Shown here piece after piece: positions 39,480 through 49,421 of a stretch of DNA of 64,000 bases. The notes under the pieces were generated by a model, which ran no database searches, had not been told where the DNA came from, and saw only the letters and a program-made list of their open reading frames with translations. The position numbers were made by a program, and so were the translations under genes. How positions within the stretch are numbered: the stretch's first letter is position 1; every line of letters begins with the position of its first letter. The stretch lies in sequence record SRR31156797_4553; one strand, given 5' to 3'.

Positions 39480-40133
39480 ATGCAATTATACTTTACCCGT
39501 CACGGAAAAACAGAGTGGAACCAAGCGCGCCGCTTTCAAGGGATGCTAGGGGATTCACCGTTATTGCCGGAAAGTCATGAAGAGATCAAACTGCTCGGTG
39601 ATCATCTGGCTGCTATTCCTTTTGAGAAGATTTATTCAAGCACGTCTTTACGAGCAAAAGTAACTGCCCAAGAGATCCAAACAAGGCTCCATCACCCTGT
39701 TGAAATTATTTATAATGAGAACCTGCGTGAGATCGGACTTGGTGAATTAGAAGGACGTTCTATCGATGAAATGCATGAGAAGTATCCTCAACAATTGACT
39801 GATCTGCGTAATCATCTTGATCGCTACGATCCCAGTGCCTTTAAGGGAGAGCCGATCCAAGAAACATTGAGCCGGATCGAGACCGTCGTCATGGATGCGG
39901 TGATGCAGCATGAAGGCCCATTATTGTTCGTCGGTCATGGGGCATCCTTTACGGCTGCTATCCAGTGGCTTGCAGGCAAACCATTAGCCGAATTAAGAGA
40001 GCAAGGTGGACTAGTCAACAACAGCTTAAGCCTTTTAGAGACCAATGACCAAAAAGTACTGCCTTTTGAACTGAAACTTTGGAATGAAGCAAGCTTTTTA
40101 AGCAATCAGGCAGGGTTAGACGCTTTATTGTAA
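39480..40133 (+). CDS. Histidine phosphatase / phosphoglycerate mutase family
   Basis: RHGKTEWN, SS..LRA..TA, LREI.LG..EG, VGHG. Confidence 0.9.
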   Translation: MQLYFTRHGKTEWNQARRFQGMLGDSPLLPESHEEIKLLGDHLAAIPFEKIYSSTSLRAKVTAQEIQTRLHHPVEIIYNENLREIGLGELEGRSIDEMHEKYPQQLTDLRNHLDRYDPSAFKGEPIQETLSRIETVVMDAVMQHEGPLLFVGHGASFTAAIQWLAGKPLAELREQGGLVNNSLSLLETNDQKVLPFELKLWNEASFLSNQAGLDALL

Positions 40134-40153
40134 ACCATGAAAGGAGCGGCACC

Positions 40154-42814
40154 ATGATTCCAGAAAGAACGTTTTTTGTCGGCCATGTTGCCGCCATCTT
40201 TTTCCAGAATCCCAGCAATTTTTATAAAGTACTATTAGTTAAAGTCACTGAGAATAATGCCGACTACAAAGACTCGGAGATCGTCGTTACTGGTAGTTTC
40301 GGCGAGATCCAAGAAGAGGAAAAGTATCGGTTTTTTGGTGAGCTGGTCAATCATCCCAAGTATGGCGTCCAGTTGAAGGCTGAGAGTTACCAACAAGAAC
40401 AACCGACCTCTGAACAAGGATTGATTGCCTACCTTTCTGGTGAAAAATTTCCGGGCATCGGCAAAAAGACTGCTGAAAAAATCGTTGACCTGTTAGGAGA
40501 AGAAGCGATCGACCGGATGCTGGAAGAACCGGCATTGTTGGAGCAGATTCCAGGGTTAAATGAAAGTAAGCAAAAAATGATTTTAGATACCGTTCGGCAA
40601 AACCATGGGATGGATCAAGTAATCGTTGGCTTGAGTCGCTATGGCTTTGGTAGCCAGCTATCTTTTGCTATCTATCAAGCCTACAAAAATGAGGCGCTAT
40701 CCATTATTGAGGAGAATCCATATCAGCTGGTGGAAGACATTGAAGGCATTGGCTTTAAACGTGCAGATGGCATCGCTGAACAGCTGGGGATCGAGGCTTC
40801 GTCACCGCAACGGTTTCGAGCGGCGGTCTTGCATCAAATCTTCGCCCAGTCCTTGCAGACGGGCAATACCTTTATCCACGCCCAAGATTTGTTAGAGCAG
40901 ACACTGCGCCTATTAGAAACGAGCCGCCCCATTGAGATTGCGCCTGACGATTTGGCATCAACGATCATTCATCTAGTGGAAGAAGGAAAGATCCAACAAG
41001 AAGAAACCCGTTTATATGAAAATAGTTTGTACTTTTCTGAATGGGGAATTGCCAGTTCCATCGAACGCTTGCTTTCCCGCAAAAAAGAAATCGTCTATCC
41101 TGAGAAAAAAATCAGCAAAACGTTACGTAAAATAGAAAAGCACTTAGGCATCACCTATGGTTCCTCGCAAGAAGAAGCGATCAAAGAAGCAATCCGATCG
41201 CCATTGTTTATTTTGACAGGTGGCCCAGGTACCGGGAAAACAACAGTAATCAATGGGATCGTACAATTATTTGCTGAGTTGAACGATTTGGACTTAGAAC
41301 CATCAAGATACAGCGACGAAACCTTTCCGATTCTCTTGGCAGCACCGACTGGTCGAGCCGCCAAACGGATGAACGAAACGACTGGTTTGCCAAGTGGTAC
41401 GATCCATCGTTTGTTAGGATTGAATGGCCGTGAAAAAGCACCATCGATTAGTCCCAAAGAGTTAGAAGGCGGTTTACTGATCGTCGATGAGATGTCAATG
41501 GTCGATACGTGGTTGGCGAATACGCTCTTTAAGTCGATCCCTACAAACATGCAAGTGATTTTTGTGGGGGATAAAGATCAGCTTCCTTCTGTGGGACCAG
41601 GACAAGTCCTTCATGATTTGCTAGCGATCGATGCGATCCCGAAACAAGAATTGACGGAAATCTATCGTCAAGGAGATGGATCAAGTATTATTCCACTGGC
41701 CCACGCCATCAAAAACGGGCAGCTGCCTGCTGATTTTACACAAAACCAAAAAGATCGTTCTTTCTTTGCGTGTGATGCGTACAAGATCGAACCGTTGATC
41801 GCTCAGATCGTGAAACGGGCGAAAGACAAAGGTTATACGCCGCAAGATATTCAAGTGTTGGCGCCGATGTATCGTGGGGCAGCTGGGATCGATGCTCTGA
41901 ATAAAATGATGCAAGAGATTTTTAACCCCAACGATGGAACCAAAAAAGAGGTCACCTTCAATGATACGGTGTATCGTATCGGCGATAAGGTCTTGCAGTT
42001 GGTAAACTCTCCTGAAGATAACGTGTTTAATGGCGATATGGGCCAAATCGTTGGGATCACTCTAGCCAAACAGTCGGAAGACAAGGTTGACGAACTGGTC
42101 ATTCAATTTGATGCCAACGAAGTGACCTATAAGCGTAATGAATGGAACAAGATCACATTATCCTACTGTTGTTCGATCCATAAATCCCAAGGTAGTGAAT
42201 TTCAAATGGTTATTTTGCCGATGGTTCATCAATACCAGCGTATGCTGCAGCGCAATTTGCTATATACCGCTGTGACTCGCAGCAAAGAGATGCTGATTTT
42301 ACTTGGTGAACCGCAAGCCTACCAAACCTGTGTCAGTCACGAATCTGCCACTCGCTTAACGACATTAAAAGAACGTATCAATGGCACGGAAGAAATGACG
42401 CCGCTGCAACGGGCGAAATTGGCTCAGTTTGAGGAAGCCGATGATCCGTTTTATAATGATTCCTCTGAGAACACGAAGGCAAAAATGGTAGCTTCGAAGC
42501 CAAAGGAAAATCCCAGCACTGAAGCTGCTGCTAACCAGCAAGCGACAGAAAAGTCACCAGATAGTGGGTTGGACTTGTTTGCTTTTGCCGAACCTGATCC
42601 GTCGGCATCAAATCAGACAGAAACGGCCAAGCCTCTGTCAGGGGATAAGGTCCTAAGTGAAGGGACTACGGGGGAAGAAGCACTCATCGAAGAAACGCAA
42701 AACGATGGTGTGCTGACCTTAACGATGGTCAAAAAGCATTTAGTAGATCCAATGATTGGGATGAAGGACTGTTCTCCGTACGACTTTATGCCCGTAAAAA
42801 ACGAGGGATTATAA
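40154..42814 (+). CDS. recD2: ATP-dependent RecD2-like DNA helicase
   Basis: HhH repeats, GGPGTGKT, APTGRAAKR, DEMSM, GDKDQLPSVG, SIHKSQGSEF, LLYTAVTR. Confidence 0.93.
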   Translation: MIPERTFFVGHVAAIFFQNPSNFYKVLLVKVTENNADYKDSEIVVTGSFGEIQEEEKYRFFGELVNHPKYGVQLKAESYQQEQPTSEQGLIAYLSGEKFPGIGKKTAEKIVDLLGEEAIDRMLEEPALLEQIPGLNESKQKMILDTVRQNHGMDQVIVGLSRYGFGSQLSFAIYQAYKNEALSIIEENPYQLVEDIEGIGFKRADGIAEQLGIEASSPQRFRAAVLHQIFAQSLQTGNTFIHAQDLLEQTLRLLETSRPIEIAPDDLASTIIHLVEEGKIQQEETRLYENSLYFSEWGIASSIERLLSRKKEIVYPEKKISKTLRKIEKHLGITYGSSQEEAIKEAIRSPLFILTGGPGTGKTTVINGIVQLFAELNDLDLEPSRYSDETFPILLAAPTGRAAKRMNETTGLPSGTIHRLLGLNGREKAPSISPKELEGGLLIVDEMSMVDTWLANTLFKSIPTNMQVIFVGDKDQLPSVGPGQVLHDLLAIDAIPKQELTEIYRQGDGSSIIPLAHAIKNGQLPADFTQNQKDRSFFACDAYKIEPLIAQIVKRAKDKGYTPQDIQVLAPMYRGAAGIDALNKMMQEIFNPNDGTKKEVTFNDTVYRIGDKVLQLVNSPEDNVFNGDMGQIVGITLAKQSEDKVDELVIQFDANEVTYKRNEWNKITLSYCCSIHKSQGSEFQMVILPMVHQYQRMLQRNLLYTAVTRSKEMLILLGEPQAYQTCVSHESATRLTTLKERINGTEEMTPLQRAKLAQFEEADDPFYNDSSENTKAKMVASKPKENPSTEAAANQQATEKSPDSGLDLFAFAEPDPSASNQTETAKPLSGDKVLSEGTTGEEALIEETQNDGVLTLTMVKKHLVDPMIGMKDCSPYDFMPVKNEGL

Positions 42815-42910
42815 CGATGAGAAAATGCTAAAAATGGGTTGTTAGTGAGCGCTTTCTTTTGGTTTTTCAGCTTCTTATGCTAAGCTGAAATCAAAAGGAG
42901 GCGTTACATT

Positions 42911-43138
42911 ATGGCGAAAGAAACCGAAGACAAATTAGCAAAACTCGCAAAAGAATCTGGCAACGACTTTAAGAAATTGGATGAGATGGAAAAAGAATTT
43001 AAATTAGATGAAAGCCCTGATGCAGAACGAGGCGAACGGGAAGAATCAGGATTAGAAAAAACGTTAGATAAGGCGCCGATTTTCCCGCCTAACACACCAA
43101 ATAACCCAACGAATCCTGGCAGTCCTGGAAATCCATGA
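42911..43138 (+). CDS. Small acidic hydrophilic protein with Pro/Asn-rich tail
   Basis: Strong RBS AAAGGAGG, upstream TGcTAAGCT extended -10, terminator downstream; 75 aa. Confidence 0.7.
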   Translation: MAKETEDKLAKLAKESGNDFKKLDEMEKEFKLDESPDAERGEREESGLEKTLDKAPIFPPNTPNNPTNPGSPGNP

Positions 43139-43181
43139 TTTTCTACCAAGAAGAAACCAACTGTTGAATAATCGAATAGAA

Positions 43182-43224
43182 AGAAACCTGAAGAATGCAA
43201 AGGCGCATTTCTTCAGGTTTTTTG
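43182..43224. terminator. Bidirectional terminator
   Basis: AAACCTGAAGAATGC...GCATTTCTTCAGGTTTTTT. Confidence 0.75.
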
Positions 43225-43237
43225 TGTCTAACGAGAC

Positions 43238-43861
43238 TCACTGTAAATGCTGATAAAAATAGATTGCTAATTGCGTGCGATCCCGTAACCCCAGCTTTTC
43301 TAGTAATTGGCTGATGTAATTACGAACGGTTCCATCACTCAAATACAAGGCATCGGCGATTTCTTTATTGTTTTTACCCGCTGCTACTTCTTTGATGATC
43401 GCAAATTCACGTTCGCTAAAGGAAGCTTGATTGTCAATTGATGGTTCGTTCTTCATTAGCTGCGTGAAGGTCTCAACGATTTCATTCCCAAAGACAACTT
43501 GGCCATTATAAGAGGCTTTGACAGAAGGGATGATTGCCTGTAAATTCTGTTTGATCAAATAACCTTTCACACCGATGGAAAAGGCTTCTCGAATGTATTC
43601 TTCATCTTTGAAGGTAGTCAATAGCAAAAGGATCGCGTGGGGAAATTTAGCCAGTATTTCTTTGGCAGCATCGATCCCAGTTTGTTCCGGCATGCGGATG
43701 TCCGTCAGCAAAACGTCAGGACGATGAGTTTCATAGAGGTCAATGGCGTCTTTGGCACAATGACCGATGCCTAATACACGAATTTCTTCTGTGCTTTCTA
43801 AAATGGTTTGCAACGAGGTCGTCACAAACGGATCATCGTCAATAATAACTACAGTAATCAT
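43238..43861 (-). CDS. NarL/LuxR-family response regulator
   Basis: IIDDD, LLTDIRMP, LLTTF, GYLIK; C-terminal NKEIADALYLSDGTVRNYIS..KLGLRDRTQLA HTH. Confidence 0.95.
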   Translation of the reverse strand: MITVVIIDDDPFVTTSLQTILESTEEIRVLGIGHCAKDAIDLYETHRPDVLLTDIRMPEQTGIDAAKEILAKFPHAILLLLTTFKDEEYIREAFSIGVKGYLIKQNLQAIIPSVKASYNGQVVFGNEIVETFTQLMKNEPSIDNQASFSEREFAIIKEVAAGKNNKEIADALYLSDGTVRNYISQLLEKLGLRDRTQLAIYFYQHLQ

Positions 43862-44937
43862 TGGTGTTCCTCCTTTGGTAAAATGATCGTCAACTGAAAG
43901 CGTTGGTTTTCTTGTAAGATATGAACTTGTCCTTGTTGTTCTTGGACCCGTTGACGCATCGTTTTCAGACCGATTCCAGTTTTAGCAATTTGAGATCCGC
44001 GGACCCCATCATTGGTGATTTGCAAGCGGAAAAAAGCAGGCAGTGTCCGAAAATGCAAGACAACGGTTTTGGCATGACTGTGTTTGATGCTGTTGGTCAA
44101 GGCTTCTTTGATCACCATTAAGAAACAATTTTGCTGGGCTTCGTTCAATCCTTCAAATAAGGTTCCTTCAATCGTGACTGAAGATGGAAAATCAGCAATC
44201 AGAAACTCTAAGGACTGTTGGAAAGTAATCGATGTCTCATGGAGATCATGAACGCTTTGGCGGATACGATCCATCCCAGTGTGAACCGTAGCACTCAAAT
44301 TTGCTAAGGGCTCATTCAGTTTTGGTTCTTGATTGATCATTTCAAGTGCGCCAATCTGCAAAATGGCACTCGACAGCAGATGGCCAACATTGTCATGGAT
44401 ATCTCGCGCGATTCGATTTCGTTCTTCGGCAATTTGTAAGGCCAATTTTGTTTCTTGTGATAAGGCTAGTACTTTGTTTTGCTGCGATAATTGCTGCTGT
44501 TTTTCCCAATGAGTATCTTTTGAAGCGATGTACTTTTTCTCAAGAGCAGACATTCGCTGTTCTTTTTTACGTAAGTAAAAAGCAAAAAGCAACAAAAGGA
44601 TGACAAAGGCGATCTTGGAGGGGGATTGATTGCCAACTGTTGCGATCAATAAAAATCCTAATAAAGATAGAATGTCATCTTTTCTTTCTTCAGGAGCGAT
44701 CACCCGCATCATTGCAGGCAGAAAGAGGGCAAGCTCTGGCCAAAAAGTACATAGAAGCAATAGAATAACTTGAAAAAACCAGCTTGCTTTCCTAGGCAAT
44801 AAATAACTGACACCAGTGAAGAAAATAGCGATCAGCAAAAAAATGACTTGTACGGCAACAAATCCTTGATTTACCAATAGAAGCAACGAGATTGCGAGTA
44901 GAAAGCCAGCTTCGCTGAGTAGTCGAGATTTGGACAT
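43858..44937 (-). CDS. Membrane sensor histidine kinase (HisKA_3)
   Basis: Hydrophobic N-terminus, ERNRIARDIHDNVGH, EALTNSIKHS, NDG, GIGL..MRQRV; ATG 44937 after GAAGGAG. Confidence 0.93.
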   Translation of the reverse strand: MSKSRLLSEAGFLLAISLLLLVNQGFVAVQVIFLLIAIFFTGVSYLLPRKASWFFQVILLLLCTFWPELALFLPAMMRVIAPEERKDDILSLLGFLLIATVGNQSPSKIAFVILLLLFAFYLRKKEQRMSALEKKYIASKDTHWEKQQQLSQQNKVLALSQETKLALQIAEERNRIARDIHDNVGHLLSSAILQIGALEMINQEPKLNEPLANLSATVHTGMDRIRQSVHDLHETSITFQQSLEFLIADFPSSVTIEGTLFEGLNEAQQNCFLMVIKEALTNSIKHSHAKTVVLHFRTLPAFFRLQITNDGVRGSQIAKTGIGLKTMRQRVQEQQGQVHILQENQRFQLTIILPKEEHQ

Positions 44938-44954
44938 GGCAGACTCCTTCATTG

Positions 44955-44988
44955 TGACAAATGTCATAGTTGATTTGGTCAATCGTCA
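44955..44988. promoter_or_regulatory. Putative response-regulator binding site between the divergent TCS and ABC operons
   Basis: Palindrome TGACAAATGTCA (44955-44966) and a degenerate copy GGTCAATCGTCA 22 bp later, upstream of -10 TATAGT (45013). Confidence 0.5.
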
Positions 44989-45053
44989 CTAGTTTCTTTT
45001 CTTAAACTTTATTATAGTCAGATTAACAAGAAATTTGGAAGGAGTTTTTCATC

Positions 45054-45986
45054 ATGATTATTGAAATTGATAAATTAGTTAAACGCTATGGTGATTTTGT
45101 GGCATTGAATCATTTTGATCTGCAAGTACAAGAAGGGGAAGTTTTAGGATTATTGGGACCAAACGGTAGTGGGAAATCGACTGCTATCAATTGTATGCTC
45201 TCTTTGCTAAATTATGACAAAGGCACCATTAAACTGTTTGGATCAACCATGACCCCTGAAAACTATGCCGTTAAAGCAATGATCGGCGTCGTTCCTCAAG
45301 ATGTTGCCGTCTTTGAAGAACTAAGTGTACAAGAAAATATCGATTATTTTTGTGGTTTATATGTTGCTGACAAAGAGAAACGGCAAGCATTGATCGAAGA
45401 AGTCATACAATTAGTGGGATTGGAAAATTTCGTGACTTTCCATCCAGGTGAGCTGAGTGGTGGCTTGAAACGACGGTTGAATATTGCCTGTGGGATCGCT
45501 CATAAGCCACGCTTGATTTTTTTAGATGAACCAACAGTCGCCGTCGATCCCCAAAGTCGTAATAAAATTTTGGAAAGCATCAAAGAGCTGAATCGCCAAG
45601 GAGCAACGATCGTTTATACGACCCATTACATGGAAGAAGTGGAAATTCTTTGTGACCAGATCGTGATTATGGATCAGGGACAGGTGATTGCCAAAGGGAC
45701 CAAGGAATCTCTGAAAGACATGGTACGCACGGCAGATCGTTTGACCATCGACATCCCCTTACTGCCAGACCATGTATTGGCTACAATTCAAACCACCATT
45801 ACTGCTGACGGGATCGTTTATAAAGAGGGACAGCTCCAAGTAACAACGACGGAACTCAATACGGTCTTGCTCCCCATTTTGACGCTCTTACAAGCAGAGA
45901 AAATCAGTTACGGAAAAATTGCAACCAAAGAAGCGACCTTAAATGATGTCTTTTTAGAGATCACGGGCAAGGAATTGAGAGACTAA
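45054..45986 (+). CDS. ABC-2 type exporter ATP-binding protein
   Basis: GPNGSGKS, LSGGLKRRLNIAC, FLDEPTVAVD, YTTHYMEE. Confidence 0.93.
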   Translation: MIIEIDKLVKRYGDFVALNHFDLQVQEGEVLGLLGPNGSGKSTAINCMLSLLNYDKGTIKLFGSTMTPENYAVKAMIGVVPQDVAVFEELSVQENIDYFCGLYVADKEKRQALIEEVIQLVGLENFVTFHPGELSGGLKRRLNIACGIAHKPRLIFLDEPTVAVDPQSRNKILESIKELNRQGATIVYTTHYMEEVEILCDQIVIMDQGQVIAKGTKESLKDMVRTADRLTIDIPLLPDHVLATIQTTITADGIVYKEGQLQVTTTELNTVLLPILTLLQAEKISYGKIATKEATLNDVFLEITGKELRD

Positions 45987-45999
45987 AGGAGGGGAAAAC

Positions 46000-47145
46000 A
46001 TGTTTTGGCATTTTTACAAATATCGCACAAAAGTGCTGTTGCGAAATAAATCCATGCTGTTTTGGACGTTGGCGTTTCCCATTCTCTTAGGCCTAATGTT
46101 TATGGCGGCCTTTGGGGAGATCGATCAAGCAGGAAATTTAGAGACAATCACGACGGGAATCGTAAAAAACGGGGATCAATCAGCGCTTTCGGAAAATTTT
46201 TCCGCGGTCCTTGAACAAGTGGAAATCAATGAAAAACCATTATTTGATCTTAAGGAACTATCAGAAGCAGAGGCAGTTGAAGAGCTGAATGCGGGTGATT
46301 TAGCTGGGTTTTATCTGATAGCTGACGAAACGATTTCACTCCATGTGGGGCAAGCGGGCATGAGTCAGACGTTGATGAAAAATGTAATGGATCAATTTTT
46401 ACAACGTACAGCGATTATTTCTAGTAAAGCAGCAGAACTTGAAACGCTTGATCTTGCACCAATTATGGCCGCGTTTGAACAGGAAGCGACTTTTCAAGAA
46501 GTGAATGCTGATCGTGACATGAGTGTTAAAAGTTTTTATTTCTTTACTTTGATTGGGATGGCGATCCTCTATGGGACGATGTGGGGTGTTCGCAATGTTC
46601 AGGATCAGCAAGCCAATCAATCCGCGAATGGGATTCGGCTTTCCTTGATACCAAGAAAACGCACATTGGTTTCAAGTGCGAATTTAGCGGCGAGTTTTAC
46701 GATTGTGTTAGTAGAAGTCTACATTATTTTAGCGGTTTTTCGTTTTGTCTATCAAGTAGACTTTGGTGAACGATGGCAGTGGCTACTACTGGTTGCCGCG
46801 TTGGGATCATTGTGTGCGATTTTGCTAGGAACATTGATTGGAAATCTGACGCCAAAAATGAATCTGGTGCAAAAGGATGGCATTTTGATTTCCGTGACGA
46901 TGGCGATGAGCTTTTTTGCCGGGATGATGGGCTCGGAACAAATCAAGTATTGGCTTGATCTACATGTGCCGATACTGGGGCAAATAAATCTCGTCAATTT
47001 GATCAGTGAAAGTCTCTATCAATTATACTACTATACAGATCTGGCTAGCTTTTATACCAATCTTTTATGGTTGACTGGCTTTATCGTCCTTTTCGCAATT
47101 GGAAATACTTGGATCGAAAGAGGGGTGCGCTATGACGCTTTATAA
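46000..47145 (+). CDS. ABC-2 type exporter permease
   Basis: FWTLAFPILLG N-terminal TM, extracellular loop, C-terminal TM bundle. Confidence 0.88.
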   Translation: MFWHFYKYRTKVLLRNKSMLFWTLAFPILLGLMFMAAFGEIDQAGNLETITTGIVKNGDQSALSENFSAVLEQVEINEKPLFDLKELSEAEAVEELNAGDLAGFYLIADETISLHVGQAGMSQTLMKNVMDQFLQRTAIISSKAAELETLDLAPIMAAFEQEATFQEVNADRDMSVKSFYFFTLIGMAILYGTMWGVRNVQDQQANQSANGIRLSLIPRKRTLVSSANLAASFTIVLVEVYIILAVFRFVYQVDFGERWQWLLLVAALGSLCAILLGTLIGNLTPKMNLVQKDGILISVTMAMSFFAGMMGSEQIKYWLDLHVPILGQINLVNLISESLYQLYYYTDLASFYTNLLWLTGFIVLFAIGNTWIERGVRYDAL

Positions 47146-48304
47146 AACGATTTGGACTTTACTGAAGGCCAATAAGTCGAATTTACTAATTGGAGTACTG
47201 ATCACTGTGGGAGTTACATTCTTTTATGCACAAAGCATCGACGTCGAAAACACCTCTTTACAAGAAGCCAACATTGCTTTGATCAGTGAAGAGGAGTCGC
47301 CAGTCGTTGACGGTCTTCGGGACTACTTGAAGGAGAAGCAGACCTTGGTCACTTTGGAGGGTACCTCACAAAAAGAAATTGATGATGCCCTTTATTTTAA
47401 TCGCATAAACATCGTCTTGCATTTACCAGTAGATTTCACGGAACAGGTGGAGGCCGGCCAGATGCCAGCAATCGAGATTCAAAGCCGGCCAGATGCTTTC
47501 TCTAAAACCATTGTCACCCAGCAAGTGAACACGTACTTACAGACGCTTTTGCTTTTTAAAGAAGAAGGTAAAACAGTTAGTGAGGCGATAGAACAAGCAC
47601 AAACAGCGCTAGCCGTCACTGGGCAAGTTGAACTCAGTACAGAATATAGTCAACGAATGAAAAAAATGTTAACAGGCATGACCTTTAACTTATTGTCATA
47701 TGGTCTCTTTCTATCAATATTTAGCGGGTTTGGCGTGATCAATATGGCCTTTAATCGCAAAGCAATCAGCAAGCGAAACCAGAGCGCCCCTCTTGCTAAA
47801 CGTGTCTTACAGCGGAAAATCCTGTTAAGCTTGATCAGTTATTCGCTGCTCTTAACTTTCGGCTTTTTATTACTGATGGTGTTATTAGTGATCCGCACGT
47901 CTTGGGATACAGCAGCTTGGTACCACATTTTGAACACGTTCTTGTTTTTATTACCAGTCATCAGCTTCTCGGCGTGTGTCACTTCCCTGGTGAAAAATTC
48001 AGAAGCAATCGGCGGGATCAGCAATATCTTTATAACCGGCAGCTGTTTTATCGGTGGTGTCTTTGTATCAGCTAATTTCCTGCCAGATATCGTCAATAAA
48101 ATCGCGGCGTTTACACCAACGTATTGGTTTGTTCAAAACAATACCTTGATTAGCGAGACCCTCACGTACAATCAAGGGTTTACTGAATCGTTTTGGTTCA
48201 ATGGCTTTGTCTTGGTTGCATTTGCAGCAGTATTTTCAATGATTCATTTTGTTTTGGGAAAAGAAGGCAGTCCTCGTTGGCAGTACAACTCAGCGAAAAA
48301 CTAA
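47132..48304 (+). CDS. ABC-2 type exporter permease
   Basis: Same topology; FIGGVFV..FLP.IV.KIAAFTPTYW motif; overlaps the upstream permease. Confidence 0.88.
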   Translation: MTLYKTIWTLLKANKSNLLIGVLITVGVTFFYAQSIDVENTSLQEANIALISEEESPVVDGLRDYLKEKQTLVTLEGTSQKEIDDALYFNRINIVLHLPVDFTEQVEAGQMPAIEIQSRPDAFSKTIVTQQVNTYLQTLLLFKEEGKTVSEAIEQAQTALAVTGQVELSTEYSQRMKKMLTGMTFNLLSYGLFLSIFSGFGVINMAFNRKAISKRNQSAPLAKRVLQRKILLSLISYSLLLTFGFLLLMVLLVIRTSWDTAAWYHILNTFLFLLPVISFSACVTSLVKNSEAIGGISNIFITGSCFIGGVFVSANFLPDIVNKIAAFTPTYWFVQNNTLISETLTYNQGFTESFWFNGFVLVAFAAVFSMIHFVLGKEGSPRWQYNSAKN

Positions 48305-48356
48305 CAGGTACACAGAAAAAAAAGATACAAATCGTTGCTGATTTGTATCGTTTTCT

Positions 48357-49328
48357 TTATGGGCACCAAAATAATTGATTGGCAGTAGTAAAGGTAATAT
48401 CAAAGGGACGTTGGCCCATTTCTTCGCCATCTTCTTGTCCATGTTGGGGCACGGTAGAGATAATTCTCAGCTTCGACGTGGAGAGATGATGAAAGTAGCG
48501 TGAATTCATGTGTTTCTTACGCATCAGTAAACCGATCAGCCAGAAAATCTTGAAAATCGACACACGCTCAACGAGTACGAAATCAAACTTTTTCTCTCTG
48601 ACTGAAGCGGTTGGGGCGATTGCAACACCGCCGCCAAAGTAAGGATGATTGGTCGTGGTGCACAAAAAAGCTTTTTTATAACTGAATTGTTGCCCATTAC
48701 ACTCGACTAAGATCGGAAAACCTCTTTGAAGAAACAAAACGCGGATAATTGCAGCGATATAGGAAAAGGAGCCGAGGTTGAACTTATTAAGACTGCTTTT
48801 TGCCACAGAGTGATTGGTGGTATAGACGATTGCCGCATCAAGACCAATACCCACATTATTAAGAGCGATGCCGTTTTCCTCTTGGATCTGCTCTTCATAG
48901 CGGATAATGGCCAATTCTTGGGGCTTAGTAGTACCGGCAATTTTCCAAAACGCTTTTTCCGGCTCTCGTGGCAGATCGATACTTCGCGCAAAATCGTTTC
49001 CCGAGCCAGCGGGGATGTAAGCAACGGGAATTTGTTGTTGTTCAAGTTGTAACTCTGATACTACTTGGTGCAGCGTTCCATCACCGCCGATAACCACCAA
49101 TAATGGATAAAGCATCTCGCCATTTTCTAAATAGACATCATCCCAAGGCAAAAGGCGTTCTTTTAAGAGTTTTCTGGTGATGTACCGTTCGTCGCCGGGT
49201 GATTTGGTTAGGTAGATTTGATGGGGGAAACGATGTTTTTTTACGATTCTTTGCACACGTTCCGCCGCTTTTTTTCCTCGTCCACTACCTGAAGCAGGGT
49301 TTACGAGGAAGTGATAATAATAGTTCAT
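48357..49328 (-). CDS. Diacylglycerol kinase family lipid kinase (YegS/BmrU-like)
   Basis: LVNPASGSG, GGDGT, IPAGSGNDFAR, GIGLDA, YFGGG. Confidence 0.92.
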   Translation of the reverse strand: MNYYYHFLVNPASGSGRGKKAAERVQRIVKKHRFPHQIYLTKSPGDERYITRKLLKERLLPWDDVYLENGEMLYPLLVVIGGDGTLHQVVSELQLEQQQIPVAYIPAGSGNDFARSIDLPREPEKAFWKIAGTTKPQELAIIRYEEQIQEENGIALNNVGIGLDAAIVYTTNHSVAKSSLNKFNLGSFSYIAAIIRVLFLQRGFPILVECNGQQFSYKKAFLCTTTNHPYFGGGVAIAPTASVREKKFDFVLVERVSIFKIFWLIGLLMRKKHMNSRYFHHLSTSKLRIISTVPQHGQEDGEEMGQRPFDITFTTANQLFWCP

Positions 49329-49421
49329 TTTATGAATAGCTCCATATCGTTTTTTCGTTCAATGCGGTTAATTATAGCATGTTTCGACAGAAGGCGGGGA
49401 GACGATGCCTGAAAAAAGAGC

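Noticed and set aside
42400-42814. Low-complexity C-terminal extension of RecD2 as a separate or frameshifted gene
   Set aside because: In frame and uninterrupted, ending in a DPMIGM..SPYDF motif; reads as a disordered linker.
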